Source: an uncultured archaeon
GTDB taxonomy: Archaea; Iainarchaeota; Iainarchaeia; Iainarchaeales; Iainarchaeaceae
Assembly (NCBI GenBank): GCA_964577555.1
Contig: CAZNZM010000003.1
Coordinates: 42,037 to 74,036 of the forward strand
Length of the DNA: 32,000 nt
Direction: 5' to 3'
Shown here: in pieces, positions 16,048 through 25,636 of the stretch
How the letters are laid out: each line of letters begins with the position of its first letter
How positions within the stretch are numbered: position 1 is the first letter of the stretch
The notes under the pieces: generated by a model
The model's database searches: none
What the model was told of the DNA's origin: nothing
Seen by the model: the letters and a program-made list of their open reading frames with translations, nothing else
Program-made: the position numbers and the translations under genes

Positions 16048-17262
16048 TTATCTGAATGTTGTGCAAATTTTGTTGAGTTCGTTTGCGAATGTTTCTATTT
16101 CTGATTTGGTGTTGTAAATGTAAAAACTTGCTCTTGCAAGCCCTTTTGGGTTAATGCTTCTAACTATTGGTTCTGCACAATGAAAGCCTGTTCTTATTGC
16201 AATATTTTTTGATTCGTCAAGAGCTACGCCTATATCTAATGTGTCGAGTCCTTCTATGTCAAACAATATTATGCCTGCTTGTTTTTCTGGGTTTTTTGGG
16301 CACTTGAATTTTATTCCTTCTATTTTTTCCATTTCGTTGAATGCTGTTTTGAGAAGTTCTTTTTCGTGGTCTTCAATGTTTTCAATGCCTACTTTTTTAA
16401 TGTATTTTATCGCTTCGCCAAGCCCGTATATTTCAGCTATTGGCATTGTTCCCGGTTCAAATTTTTCGGCATTATCGCTGAAAATTGTTTTTTCAAAAGA
16501 AACTGATTTTATGGCGCCGCCGCCGAACGTGGCTGGCGGTAATTGTTCAATTAGGTCTTTTTTCATGTAAAGGCATCCTATTCCGGTGGGGCCAAGCATT
16601 TTGTGCCCTGAAAATGCTGCAAAGTCGGCTCCGATTTTTTTTATGTCAATTTTTGTATGTGGTGTTGATTGGGCGGCGTCTAAAAGAAAGAGTGCTCCGT
16701 TTTCGTGGCTTAGTTTAGCCGCTTCTTTTACCGGGAAAATTGATCCTATTGTATTTGGTATGTGTGTCATCGCCACTATTTTTGTTTTTTTTGTTATTTT
16801 GGAATTCAAATCTTCAAGGTCAAGCGTAAAGTCGTTGTTTATTTTTATTATTTTGAGTTTTGCGCCTTGTCTTTCGCAAATTTTTTGCCAAGGTATTAAA
16901 TTGGCGTGATGTTCGGCAAATGTAATTGCTATTTCGTCTCCGCTTTTTATTTTTCCTGCTCTTTCAAGCGAAGTTGCAACTATGTTGATGCTGTCGGTAG
17001 TGTTTCTGGTGAATATTATTTCTCCGTCATTTGCGTTTATGAATTTTGCAGTTTCTTTTCTTATTGTGTCTACGTCTGTTGTTGCTTGTCTTGAGAGTCT
17101 ATGTGCGCCTCTTCCTAAATTGGCTCCTATTTCTGTGTAGTATTTGTTCATTGCTTCGATTACGCTTTTTGGTTTAAGTGTTGTAGCTGCGTTGTTTAAG
17201 TAAATCAGGTTTTTTTGTTTTTCAAGTATTGGGAAGTCTTCTCTAATTTTTTCTGGAAGCAT
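16048..17262 (-). CDS. sufS: Cysteine desulfurase, SufS/CsdA family
   Basis: YLNNAATT, TFAEHHANLIPW, AFSGHKMLGPTGIG (PLP Lys), RTGFHCAEPI (catalytic Cys). Confidence 0.93.
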   Translation of the reverse strand: MLPEKIREDFPILEKQKNLIYLNNAATTLKPKSVIEAMNKYYTEIGANLGRGAHRLSRQATTDVDTIRKETAKFINANDGEIIFTRNTTDSINIVATSLERAGKIKSGDEIAITFAEHHANLIPWQKICERQGAKLKIIKINNDFTLDLEDLNSKITKKTKIVAMTHIPNTIGSIFPVKEAAKLSHENGALFLLDAAQSTPHTKIDIKKIGADFAAFSGHKMLGPTGIGCLYMKKDLIEQLPPATFGGGAIKSVSFEKTIFSDNAEKFEPGTMPIAEIYGLGEAIKYIKKVGIENIEDHEKELLKTAFNEMEKIEGIKFKCPKNPEKQAGIILFDIEGLDTLDIGVALDESKNIAIRTGFHCAEPIVRSINPKGLARASFYIYNTKSEIETFANELNKICTTFR

Positions 17263-17329
17263 AATGATTGTATAGTGTTTGTTTGGTAAAATGCTTAATA
17301 ATTGTATGTTTTATCTTTTGTATGTTTGG

Positions 17330-18289
17330 TTAGTGGTTTGTTTTGGCTAGTTCTTCATCAATAATTTTGAAAAGTTCTTCTTTTGTTTTTGGCGAAACTA
17401 TTGCTTTGTCATTTATGTAAAAGGTTGGTGTTGCATAAATTCCTGCTTCTATTGATTCTTGTTTTTGTTTTTCCACGAAAGAATTGTATTTTTTTGATTC
17501 AAAGCATTGTCTGAAGGTGTTTTTTTCTATTCCTGCTTTTTCTGCGTAAACATAGTAATGCTCTTTTAATTGGGTTGTGTCTTGTAGGTTTGTGCAGCTT
17601 GCTTGGTTTTCGAACAAAAGTTTTTTCAGTTCCCAGAATTTTCCTTGTTCTCTTGCGCATTCTGCGGCAATTGCCGCGTCAAAGGAATATGGGTGGGTTG
17701 GTATTGGAAGGTATTTGAATGTAAAACTTATTTTGTCTTTGTATTTTTCCAGCATTTCTTCAACAATTGGTTCTGCGGCTTTTGTGTATGGGCATGTAAA
17801 GCATCCTACTTCAACTATTTTGATTTTTGCGTTTGGATTTCCTGTTGTTGGAAGTCCTTCGGTTTTCACTGGCTTTAGGTTTTCTGGGTTTTTGTTTTTT
17901 GGAAAAATCCAGTCAAGCCAGCCGTTGCTTATATAGCTTTCTGGGTTGAGGTAGCAAGCTTCTGGGGAATTTTGTCCGTTGCAGTTGCCGTATGCAATAA
18001 AATTGTATATTCCGTATGCGCTGTAAAAAAAACTTGCAATCATTATTATTGTTAGAATTAGTGAGATTGTTTCAAAATGTTTGTTTATGAATTTTCCTGC
18101 TGTTTTGTTGTATTTCATTGTTTTGATTGAAGCAATAGCTTTGAGTCTTTTGTCAAGCCCTGTATTGCATGGTCTTAACGTGATTTTTCTGAAGACACAG
18201 TCAAATGCTTCTTTTGCAAGTGGCTTGTGAGTTGCTGAGAAAATGCTTAATATGCTGAATACGACGAGTGCAATAATGCATACAACCAT
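17330..18289 (-). CDS. Membrane-anchored DsbA-like thioredoxin-fold protein
   Basis: N-terminal TM segments, then KIKIVEVGCFTCPYTKAAEPIVEEML...YATPTFYINDKAI. Confidence 0.85.
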   Translation of the reverse strand: MVVCIIALVVFSILSIFSATHKPLAKEAFDCVFRKITLRPCNTGLDKRLKAIASIKTMKYNKTAGKFINKHFETISLILTIIMIASFFYSAYGIYNFIAYGNCNGQNSPEACYLNPESYISNGWLDWIFPKNKNPENLKPVKTEGLPTTGNPNAKIKIVEVGCFTCPYTKAAEPIVEEMLEKYKDKISFTFKYLPIPTHPYSFDAAIAAECAREQGKFWELKKLLFENQASCTNLQDTTQLKEHYYVYAEKAGIEKNTFRQCFESKKYNSFVEKQKQESIEAGIYATPTFYINDKAIVSPKTKEELFKIIDEELAKTNH

Positions 18290-18350
18290 AAATCACATTA
18301 TCAATTAGCAAAAATTTATTATTTTGATTGTTTTTTTTTAGTTATTTTTT

Positions 18351-19355
18351 TTATTGTTTTATGGTGTTTGTTGGTTTGCCTTTGATGTATCCTTTTATGT
18401 TTTCAATTGTGGTTTCTAATATTCTTTCTAGGGCTTCTTGGCTGTTGAATGCGTTGTGGGGTGTTATAAGAACGTTTGGCATTTTTAGTAGGACGTGGTT
18501 TCGCAAAACCATTTTGAGGTCGCATTCTTTTTGGAAGTATTTGTCTATGACTTGTTTTTCTTCTCTTATGAAGCATTCTCCTTCAAGGACGTCTAGGCCT
18601 GCCGCGTAAATTGTTTTTGTTGATAGTCCTTTTATAAGTGCGTCGGTGTCGATTATTTCTCCTCTGGCTGTGTTAATGATTACTGCTCCTTTCTTTATTT
18701 TTTTTAGCGAGTCTTTGTTGAACATGTGTCGTGTGGAATCGTTTAATGGAACGTGGAATGTTATTATGTCTGATTTTGAGTATAGTTCATCAAGGCTTGT
18801 ATAATTGAACCCCATTTCTTTTTCAAGTTCTTTTTTTGGGAATCTTTCATATGCGAGGACATTCATTTCGAAGCCTTTTGCGATTCTTATTACGTGTTTT
18901 CCAATGTGTCCTACTCCTATTACTCCTATTGTTTTTCCTTTGAGGTCAAAGCCTCTTAATCCTACTGCTGAAAAATCTGCTTTGCTTGTGCGTTCATATG
19001 ATTGGTGGATTTTTCTTGAGATTGCCAAAATCAGGGCAAAGGTGTGTTCTGCAACTGTGTTTTCTCCATAGCTTGGGACGTTGCATACTGTTATTCCTCT
19101 TTTTGTGCATTCTTTGACATCTATGTGGTTGTATCCTGTTGACATTGTAGTAATTAGTTTTAGTTTTGGCATTGTGTCAAGTATTTTTGAGTCTATATTG
19201 GTGTAAATGAAAATGCCTATTGCTTCAGCATCTTTGTGTTTTTTTGCAGTAGCCAGAGTCATTTTTTTTTCGGAAAAGTGCAATTCGTGGTTTTTAAGTC
19301 TTTCAGCCAAGTATTTTTGTTCCCATTTTTCTGTTTCAAAAAACGCTATTTTCAT
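18351..19355 (-). CDS. D-isomer-specific 2-hydroxyacid dehydrogenase
   Basis: LKGKTIGVIGVGHIGKHV NAD-binding motif, VIINTARGEIIDTDAL, NVLITPHNAFNSQEA. Confidence 0.93.
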   Translation of the reverse strand: MKIAFFETEKWEQKYLAERLKNHELHFSEKKMTLATAKKHKDAEAIGIFIYTNIDSKILDTMPKLKLITTMSTGYNHIDVKECTKRGITVCNVPSYGENTVAEHTFALILAISRKIHQSYERTSKADFSAVGLRGFDLKGKTIGVIGVGHIGKHVIRIAKGFEMNVLAYERFPKKELEKEMGFNYTSLDELYSKSDIITFHVPLNDSTRHMFNKDSLKKIKKGAVIINTARGEIIDTDALIKGLSTKTIYAAGLDVLEGECFIREEKQVIDKYFQKECDLKMVLRNHVLLKMPNVLITPHNAFNSQEALERILETTIENIKGYIKGKPTNTIKQ

Positions 19356-19394
19356 GTTGATAATTAATCCATTTGTTTTTAAAATTGCTTTCTG

Positions 19395-20048
19395 TTGCTA
19401 TTTTTAGGTGGTTTTGTGTTAAGTGGAATAAGGAAAAGTTTGAAGCCTTTTGTGGAATTTGTGGCTTCGCCTTTTGCAAAGCTGGGTATTGACCCTAATA
19501 TTTTGAGTTTTGTTGCTGTTCCGCTGGCTTTTATTTCGGGTTATTTTATAGCTTCTGGTGTTTTTTTTCTTGCTTTTATTTTTGCTGTTTTGTCTGTTTC
19601 AATTGATTTGTTTGATGGTGCGGTTGCAAGGCTTCAAAATAGGCAGTCGCTTTTTGGCAATTATATTGAAACGATTATTGACAAGGTTGTTGAGATAGTT
19701 TTGTTTATTTCTTGTTCTTTTGTTCATCCTTTTGCAGCCGCTTCTGCTTTGGGTTTTTCGATGTTGGTTAGTTATGCTAAGCCGCGTGTTGCTTTGGTTA
19801 TCATAACCGATAATCGTGATTGGCCCGGCGTAGGCGAGCATTCTGAACGAATGATTCTTTTGGTTTCTGGTTTGTTGCTTTCTTCTTTCGGGATAAATTT
19901 TTCTGGTGTTTCGGCTCTTGAGCTTTTCTTGTGGGCTATTGCTATTGTTTCTTTTGTAGGTTTTATTACTCGCATATTTTTTGCTAAAACTTTGATTGAA
20001 AAAGCTGAAAAAAACGGGGATATTTTGCCTTATTTGAAAAAAAAGTGA
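19395..20048 (+). CDS. CDP-alcohol phosphatidyltransferase family protein
   Basis: SIDLFDGAVARLQNRQSLFGNYIETIIDK matches DxxDGxxAR(x8)GxxxDxxxD with one substitution; multi-TM. Confidence 0.87.
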   Translation: MLFLGGFVLSGIRKSLKPFVEFVASPFAKLGIDPNILSFVAVPLAFISGYFIASGVFFLAFIFAVLSVSIDLFDGAVARLQNRQSLFGNYIETIIDKVVEIVLFISCSFVHPFAAASALGFSMLVSYAKPRVALVIITDNRDWPGVGEHSERMILLVSGLLLSSFGINFSGVSALELFLWAIAIVSFVGFITRIFFAKTLIEKAEKNGDILPYLKKK

Positions 20049-20067
20049 ATTGTGTTGTATGTTTTTT

Positions 20068-21222
20068 TTATCTGAACATTGTTGCTATTATTGGGAATGC
20101 AATTAGTACTCCTATTGTGGCTCCGAGGTTGGAAAGAGCCATTATTAGGAGAATTTTTGTGACTTGGTTTTTTGTAAAATCTTCTAGGGTGTCAAGTTTT
20201 CTCAGGTTTTCAAAGTCTTTTACTTTTGGGTTTCGCAATTTGGTTTCTACGTATGCTGTGACAAAGCCAACTGCTAATAATGGGTGGAGTGTGGTAAAAG
20301 GTGCGCTGAGAAATGCCGAGAGTATTGTAATTGGGTGTGCTCTAGCGATTAATGCTCCAAGTGCCGAGAGTGATCCTGTTGTAATTACCCAATAGAAACC
20401 CGCTTTTAGCATCGAGTCAGGTCCTTTGTTTATGATTAGCAATGCGAGCATTGTGAAAAAAATTAATGGTATGGCATAGCTTGTTATTCTCAACCAATTA
20501 ATGTTTGGTTTTACTGAATTGATTTCTTGGGTGTTTGTTTCTTTTCCCAAGTATTTTTTTATTCCTTCAACATGTCCTGCGCCTACTATTGCAACTATTT
20601 TTCTTCTAGGGGTGTCCATTATTTTTTGTGCTATGAATGCATCCCTTTCGTCAACTAGTACTTTTTTTATTGATGGCATTTCTTTTCCAAGTTCGTCAAT
20701 TAGTTGTGTTAACATGTCTTTTTCTTTCATTTTTTCTACAAGTTCAGCGTTGATTGTGGTTTTTTCTCGTGAAAATATGTTCGTAATTATTGAGTAGCCT
20801 AATTTCAATTTTTCAATTATCGTCATTTTTTGTATTGCTCTTTTCATGGTGATGTTGATATTTCTGTCAAGCAATGATATTGGAATTTTTTTTTCATTTG
20901 CTATTTTTATGGCTTCCATCATTTCTTGTCCTGGTTTTATTCCAATGTTTTGTCCGAGCCTTCTTTGCAGGTTTGTCAGCAAAATTGTTATAAGGAACAG
21001 GTAGGCATTGCCTTTTGTTATTATTTCCCCAATGCTTGTTTCGCTCCATTGATTTTGGTTTAAAAGTTGTTGAAGTCTGTTTTCATCCAATTCAACCCCT
21101 ATTGAATCTGGATTTTCCAAGTCTATTATGGTTCTGACTTCTTCAATGCTTTTTTGTGATATGTGGGCAGTGCCTATTATTGTTATTTCCTTTCCTTTGA
21201 TAAATAATTTTTCTGCGCTCAT
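20068..21222 (-). CDS. TraB-family membrane protein
   Basis: IGTAHISQKSIEEVRTIIDLENPDSIGVELDENRLQQLL ... VGAGHVEGI plus C-terminal TM helices. Confidence 0.88.
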   Translation of the reverse strand: MSAEKLFIKGKEITIIGTAHISQKSIEEVRTIIDLENPDSIGVELDENRLQQLLNQNQWSETSIGEIITKGNAYLFLITILLTNLQRRLGQNIGIKPGQEMMEAIKIANEKKIPISLLDRNINITMKRAIQKMTIIEKLKLGYSIITNIFSREKTTINAELVEKMKEKDMLTQLIDELGKEMPSIKKVLVDERDAFIAQKIMDTPRRKIVAIVGAGHVEGIKKYLGKETNTQEINSVKPNINWLRITSYAIPLIFFTMLALLIINKGPDSMLKAGFYWVITTGSLSALGALIARAHPITILSAFLSAPFTTLHPLLAVGFVTAYVETKLRNPKVKDFENLRKLDTLEDFTKNQVTKILLIMALSNLGATIGVLIAFPIIATMFR

Positions 21223-21236
21223 TTTGATCAGAGTGT

Positions 21237-21941
21237 TTAATTAAGACCATGTTTTTTTTGGCGTTCTAAAATGTTTTTTTTAATCGCGTTTTTAAATTGC
21301 GATCCTACTAATTGTTTGCTTAAATCGTCAAAAACAGTTTTTTCAAGTTCTTGAATGTTTTGTTTTGGTAATTGGCCGTAAATAATTTTTTCAAAATCTG
21401 AGGTTGTTAGGGAAATATAATTTATTCCGTTTGGCTTGGTGTTTGTTGGTTCTCCTCTATTGGTTAGCAATTCTTTTACTAGTGCGAAATCTATTCCTGA
21501 AAAGCGAGCAGTGTAAAATCCGTCAAATAAAATATCGTTTCCTATAAGGATTGAATCTTGTTTTTTTATTTCGCCTTTTTTAATAAGCAGAAGCAAGACG
21601 TGTTGTTTTAGGTAGTGATCTACAAATTCTGGGTTTTTTTCAAGATTTTGTACGTGTCTAGTTTTGTCTTCTTCAGATTTTGAATTGATGTAGTCGTCGT
21701 TGGCGTAAAATATAGAATTGTCGTCAAAGTATTTTTTCAAGCCAAGCGAGTCTATTTTTTGTTTTGCTTTTTCTTTTGACAACCCTGTAATAAGATAAAT
21801 TTTGATTTTGTTTTTGTTTGAAAATTCAGACAGGAAATCCAGAACTTCAATTGCTCTTTTTGATTGGGTGTTGTTGGGAAGCAGTACGTTTTCAAATGAA
21901 AAGAATATGTTTTTTTTTGTGATTTCTTTTTCTTTGTTCAT
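21237..21941 (-). CDS. HAD-like protein, probably catalytically degenerate
   Basis: FFSFENVLL (motif I position), IYLITGLSKEKAKQKI, ILIGNDILFDGFYTARFSGIDFALV (motif IV-like). Confidence 0.6.
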   Translation of the reverse strand: MNKEKEITKKNIFFSFENVLLPNNTQSKRAIEVLDFLSEFSNKNKIKIYLITGLSKEKAKQKIDSLGLKKYFDDNSIFYANDDYINSKSEEDKTRHVQNLEKNPEFVDHYLKQHVLLLLIKKGEIKKQDSILIGNDILFDGFYTARFSGIDFALVKELLTNRGEPTNTKPNGINYISLTTSDFEKIIYGQLPKQNIQELEKTVFDDLSKQLVGSQFKNAIKKNILERQKKHGLN

Positions 21942-22031
21942 TCATGGCAAAATTTGTTCAAAAAGTGTTAAAAATAGAACTCAATTTTCCAGAATAAAAA
22001 CTTATAAAAAAACTTGTGCGCCAATATTTTC

Positions 22032-22982
22032 ATGTCTAATATTTCTGAAGATCTTGCTGTTTTTGCAGGTTCAAGCAATCCAAAGCTGGGCGAGGAAATC
22101 TCAAGGAATTTGAAAATTCCTTTGGGGAAAATTGAATTGAAACGTTTTGCTGATGGCGAAATGTATGTTAATTATCTTGAGACGATAAGAGGCAAGGATG
22201 TTTATATTGTGCAAAGTACCGGGCCGCCTGCGAATGATAATATAATGGAGCTTTTGATAATGATTGATGCCGCGTCTCGTGCTGCTGCTGAAAGAATAAC
22301 TTGTGTCATTCCTTATTATGGTTATGGCAAGCAGGATAGAAAGGCAGCTGACAGGGAGCCGATAACTGCAAAGCTGGTGGCTAAGTTGCTTCAGGCGGCT
22401 GGGGCCGATGCAGTTGTTATAATGGATTTGCATGCTGATCAAATCCAAGGTTTTTTTGATATCAGAGCTGATTTTCTTTATGCTGCAAACATTCTTTTGG
22501 GTTATATAAAGAAAAAAAATTTGAAGTCTCCGATTATTGTGGCTCCTGATGTTGGCGGGACGAAAAGAGCTAGGGCTTATGCAAAATTGTTTGGAGCTGA
22601 ATTGGCAATAATAGACAAGAGAAGGCCGAAGCCGAATGAAAGCGAAGTAATGAATTTGATAGGTGATGTTAGAGGAAAAACTTGCATTTTGGTTGATGAT
22701 GAAATAAATACTGGCGGCACTCTTGTTAATGCTGCTGAAGCGCTAGCCAAAAACGGCGCAAGCGAGGTTTATGCTTTGGCTTCTCATGGTGTTTTTGCTG
22801 GCAATGCAATTCAGTTAATTGAAAAAAGCTGTATAAAAGAGGTAATAGTTACAAATAGCCTTCCGCAAAAAAATTTGATTCAAAAAATAAAAGTTGTTTC
22901 TGTGGCTCCTCTGCTTGCGCAAACCATAAAATCAATGCATTATAAAGGCTCCATATCCAAAATAATGAAAAAAATAAAGTAA
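22032..22982 (+). CDS. prs: Ribose-phosphate pyrophosphokinase
   Basis: FAGSSNPKLGEEI, FADGEMYV, AADREPITAKLVAKLL, MDLHADQIQGFFDI, GGTKRARAYA, LVDDEINTGGTL. Start chosen at MSNISED, downstream of TATA-like acttataaaa. Confidence 0.95.
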   Translation: MSNISEDLAVFAGSSNPKLGEEISRNLKIPLGKIELKRFADGEMYVNYLETIRGKDVYIVQSTGPPANDNIMELLIMIDAASRAAAERITCVIPYYGYGKQDRKAADREPITAKLVAKLLQAAGADAVVIMDLHADQIQGFFDIRADFLYAANILLGYIKKKNLKSPIIVAPDVGGTKRARAYAKLFGAELAIIDKRRPKPNESEVMNLIGDVRGKTCILVDDEINTGGTLVNAAEALAKNGASEVYALASHGVFAGNAIQLIEKSCIKEVIVTNSLPQKNLIQKIKVVSVAPLLAQTIKSMHYKGSISKIMKKIK

Positions 22983-23058
22983 TAATAATTATGCAAAGAT
23001 TATGCAAAAAGCAATTTTTTGCAAATAGCTTTTTATAGATTACTTATATCCAATCTAA

Positions 23059-23394
23059 TTGTACAAAATAACTGAACTTGATTTGGGTTGGATTAAAGTG
23101 AAGAAAAAAATTGGGCTGAAAGGCTCTTTCAATGGCAGTGTTTGTAACAAGGCGAATGTCAACAAGTCGCTCAAAATTTTTTCGTATGGCTTGGTTGTGT
23201 TGAAAACAATTCCTTTTTTGCTTGGAGTTTTGTTCGTGCTTTCGCTTGCCATTAGATTCAGGCAAATAAATAATGAAACTGCTATGTTCTATATGCTTGT
23301 TGTTTTGATTTTGTCTTATTTTTTTATACACAAGTCTGCGCAAAGATTGTATGATGCTATAAAACAAAAAGATGGTGTTGCAAATGGAAGATAA
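23059..23394 (+). CDS. Small two-TM membrane protein preceding the ATPase operon
   Basis: 111 aa with two hydrophobic helices; TTG start; overlaps the atpH region. Confidence 0.65.
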   Translation: MYKITELDLGWIKVKKKIGLKGSFNGSVCNKANVNKSLKIFSYGLVVLKTIPFLLGVLFVLSLAIRFRQINNETAMFYMLVVLILSYFFIHKSAQRLYDAIKQKDGVANGR

Positions 23395-23701
23395 GGAGTT
23401 TCAAGAAAAGATTGCTGAAATAAAGTCTGCAGAATTGGAAAAAGCCAGGATAGTTGAGGTTGCAAGAAAAAAGGCTGAAGAGATTTTGGCAAAGGCAAAT
23501 GAAGAAGCAAAAAATATTGAAGCTAAAGCGATTGAGGAGTCAAAAGCCAAGGTTGAACAGGAACTTGCGGAAATTAATAAGCGAATAAGCGAGGAAGAAG
23601 CAAAAATAATTGCAAAAGCCCATAAGGAAGTTGAAAGAATAAATTCAATAAAGGTGAGTGAAAGTCTTGTTAAAAAAGCAATAAGAATTATGTTAGAGTG
23701 A
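23384..23701 (+). CDS. atpH: A-type ATP synthase subunit H (coiled-coil peripheral stalk)
   Basis: Small Ala/Glu/Lys coiled-coil protein immediately upstream of atpI; start could be 23372. Confidence 0.85.
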   Translation: MEDKEFQEKIAEIKSAELEKARIVEVARKKAEEILAKANEEAKNIEAKAIEESKAKVEQELAEINKRISEEEAKIIAKAHKEVERINSIKVSESLVKKAIRIMLE

Positions 23702-23708
23702 TAGTAAT

Positions 23709-25634
23709 ATGTTTTGGCCTGTTAGAATGTGCAAAGCAAGGATTTATGCGTTGAAAAGCGATTTGCAGAAAGTGACGAATGTGTTGTATGATTATGGTGT
23801 TATTGAGCTAAAACAATTCAATGTAAAGCATTCTTCGTTGTTTACGTTTATGGGGCAGGAACACAAAATGAATGATTCAAATAATTCTGAAAGGCTCATG
23901 AGGCTTGAATCAATTTTGAAAAAATTTGGAAATTGCGGAGTTGTAAAGAAGATTTCAGTTTTGGAAGCCAAGTCTCTTCTTAAATCACAGGAGATGAAAA
24001 AATTGGAGTTGGAAATAGTCCGATTGAGCAGTGAAATTGAAAATGCGGTTGCAAGGATAGATTTGTTGAAAGAGGATATTAACAGGTTGAGGTTTTTTTC
24101 TAAATTTGACATTGATTTTTCTTTGGCGCAGCTTGAAAGTGCTGAACTTGTTGTAGGAATTGTAAGAAGGCAGAATTCCTATTCGGTTGAAAAAATTTTT
24201 AAGTCTGATAATGTATTGCATAGTATTGTAAAGCCGCAATCTCAAAATTCGAGTATGTGTGTTGCACTTGTTAGGAAAGGTGATGAAAAGATCATAGATG
24301 ATTTAGTCAAGGCTGGTTTTGAAAGGTTGCCTATTCCAGCGATTAAGGGCAAACCTGTTGATGAATTGGCAAAAACTGAAAAGCTTTTGGCAAAGGCGGA
24401 AAAAGACAAGGAAAATCTTGAGTCGAGGGTGCAAAAGCTGGTTGGGGAAAATTTTTCCAAATTGGCTGGGATGAAAGAGCTTCTTGAAATAGAGCAGTAT
24501 AAAAAAGAAGCTTCTTTGAAATTCGGTTCTACGGAAGATACTATTATTGTTGAGGGCTATTTGCCTGAAAAAAATTTTCATTTGTTGGAGAAGTCTATTG
24601 TTTCAAAGTTTGGTCAAAGAGCGTATGTTGAAAAAATTTCTTCGGAAGAACTTGAAAGGAATCATGAACAGGCACCCACGCTTCTTAATAATAACAGGGT
24701 TTTCAAGCCTTTCCAGTTTATTGTTAATTATATGTCAACTCCAAAAAGTAACGAAATTGATACTACCGTTATTTTTGCTTTTGTGTTTATGCTTTTTTAT
24801 GGAATGATTGTTGGCGATGTTATTTACGGTTTAGTTTCTTTTTTCATTGCAAGATGGGTTTATCGCAAGTCAAGCAAGGACAGCATATTGAAACCTGTTT
24901 CATTGCTTTGGATGTATGGTGCTGTTCCTACTATAATTGCTGGAATAATATTTGATGAGTATGCTGGTTTGCCACACAGGGAATTGTTTTCTTTGTTAGG
25001 TTTTGGCCATGTTGAACTTTACACTGGTTTTGAAAGAATGCACAATACTCAGTTGATTCTTGCAATATCTTTGTTGATAGGCATAATTACTATGGCTTTT
25101 GCTTTCCTTTTGGGTTTTATAAATGCTGTTAGGCATCATGATAAAAAGCATGCTTCTGCAAAGTTGGCTTGGTTTGGAATAGTGATTACTGGAACAGTAC
25201 TTGTGGCAACGTCCATGTTTAAGGCTTTTCCGGACATTTTTATGATTCCTTCAGCAATTTTGTTTGCAATATCAACGATAATTATGATAAAAGTAGAAGG
25301 CCCTATTGGTTTGATTGAAATTCCAAGTGTTGCGGGAAATATTCTTTCTTTTGCAAGGTTGATTGCAGTGGGTTTGGTTGGAACTGTAATAGCTTTTATA
25401 TTGAATGAGATGGCAATGCCTTCTCCGGACAAGGGTTTGATGTTGATTGTGTTTTTGCCTATTTTCATTTTAGGGCATTTGTTTAATGCTTTTTTGGCTA
25501 TGTTTGAAGCCTTGATTCAAGGTGCGAGGCTCAACTTTGTTGAGTTTTATTCAAAGTTTTTTGAAGGCGGCGGAAAGGAATTTCAGCCGTTTAAATTGGA
25601 AAATAAGTATTTGAAATCCATGGAGGTGGATTGA
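23709..25634 (+). CDS. atpI: A-type ATP synthase subunit I/a
   Basis: 641 aa; N-terminal coiled coil, C-terminal multi-TM with GMIVGDVIYGL and SFARLIAVGLVGTVIAFILNEMA. Confidence 0.95.
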   Translation: MFWPVRMCKARIYALKSDLQKVTNVLYDYGVIELKQFNVKHSSLFTFMGQEHKMNDSNNSERLMRLESILKKFGNCGVVKKISVLEAKSLLKSQEMKKLELEIVRLSSEIENAVARIDLLKEDINRLRFFSKFDIDFSLAQLESAELVVGIVRRQNSYSVEKIFKSDNVLHSIVKPQSQNSSMCVALVRKGDEKIIDDLVKAGFERLPIPAIKGKPVDELAKTEKLLAKAEKDKENLESRVQKLVGENFSKLAGMKELLEIEQYKKEASLKFGSTEDTIIVEGYLPEKNFHLLEKSIVSKFGQRAYVEKISSEELERNHEQAPTLLNNNRVFKPFQFIVNYMSTPKSNEIDTTVIFAFVFMLFYGMIVGDVIYGLVSFFIARWVYRKSSKDSILKPVSLLWMYGAVPTIIAGIIFDEYAGLPHRELFSLLGFGHVELYTGFERMHNTQLILAISLLIGIITMAFAFLLGFINAVRHHDKKHASAKLAWFGIVITGTVLVATSMFKAFPDIFMIPSAILFAISTIIMIKVEGPIGLIEIPSVAGNILSFARLIAVGLVGTVIAFILNEMAMPSPDKGLMLIVFLPIFILGHLFNAFLAMFEALIQGARLNFVEFYSKFFEGGGKEFQPFKLENKYLKSMEVD

Positions 25635-25636
25635 TA

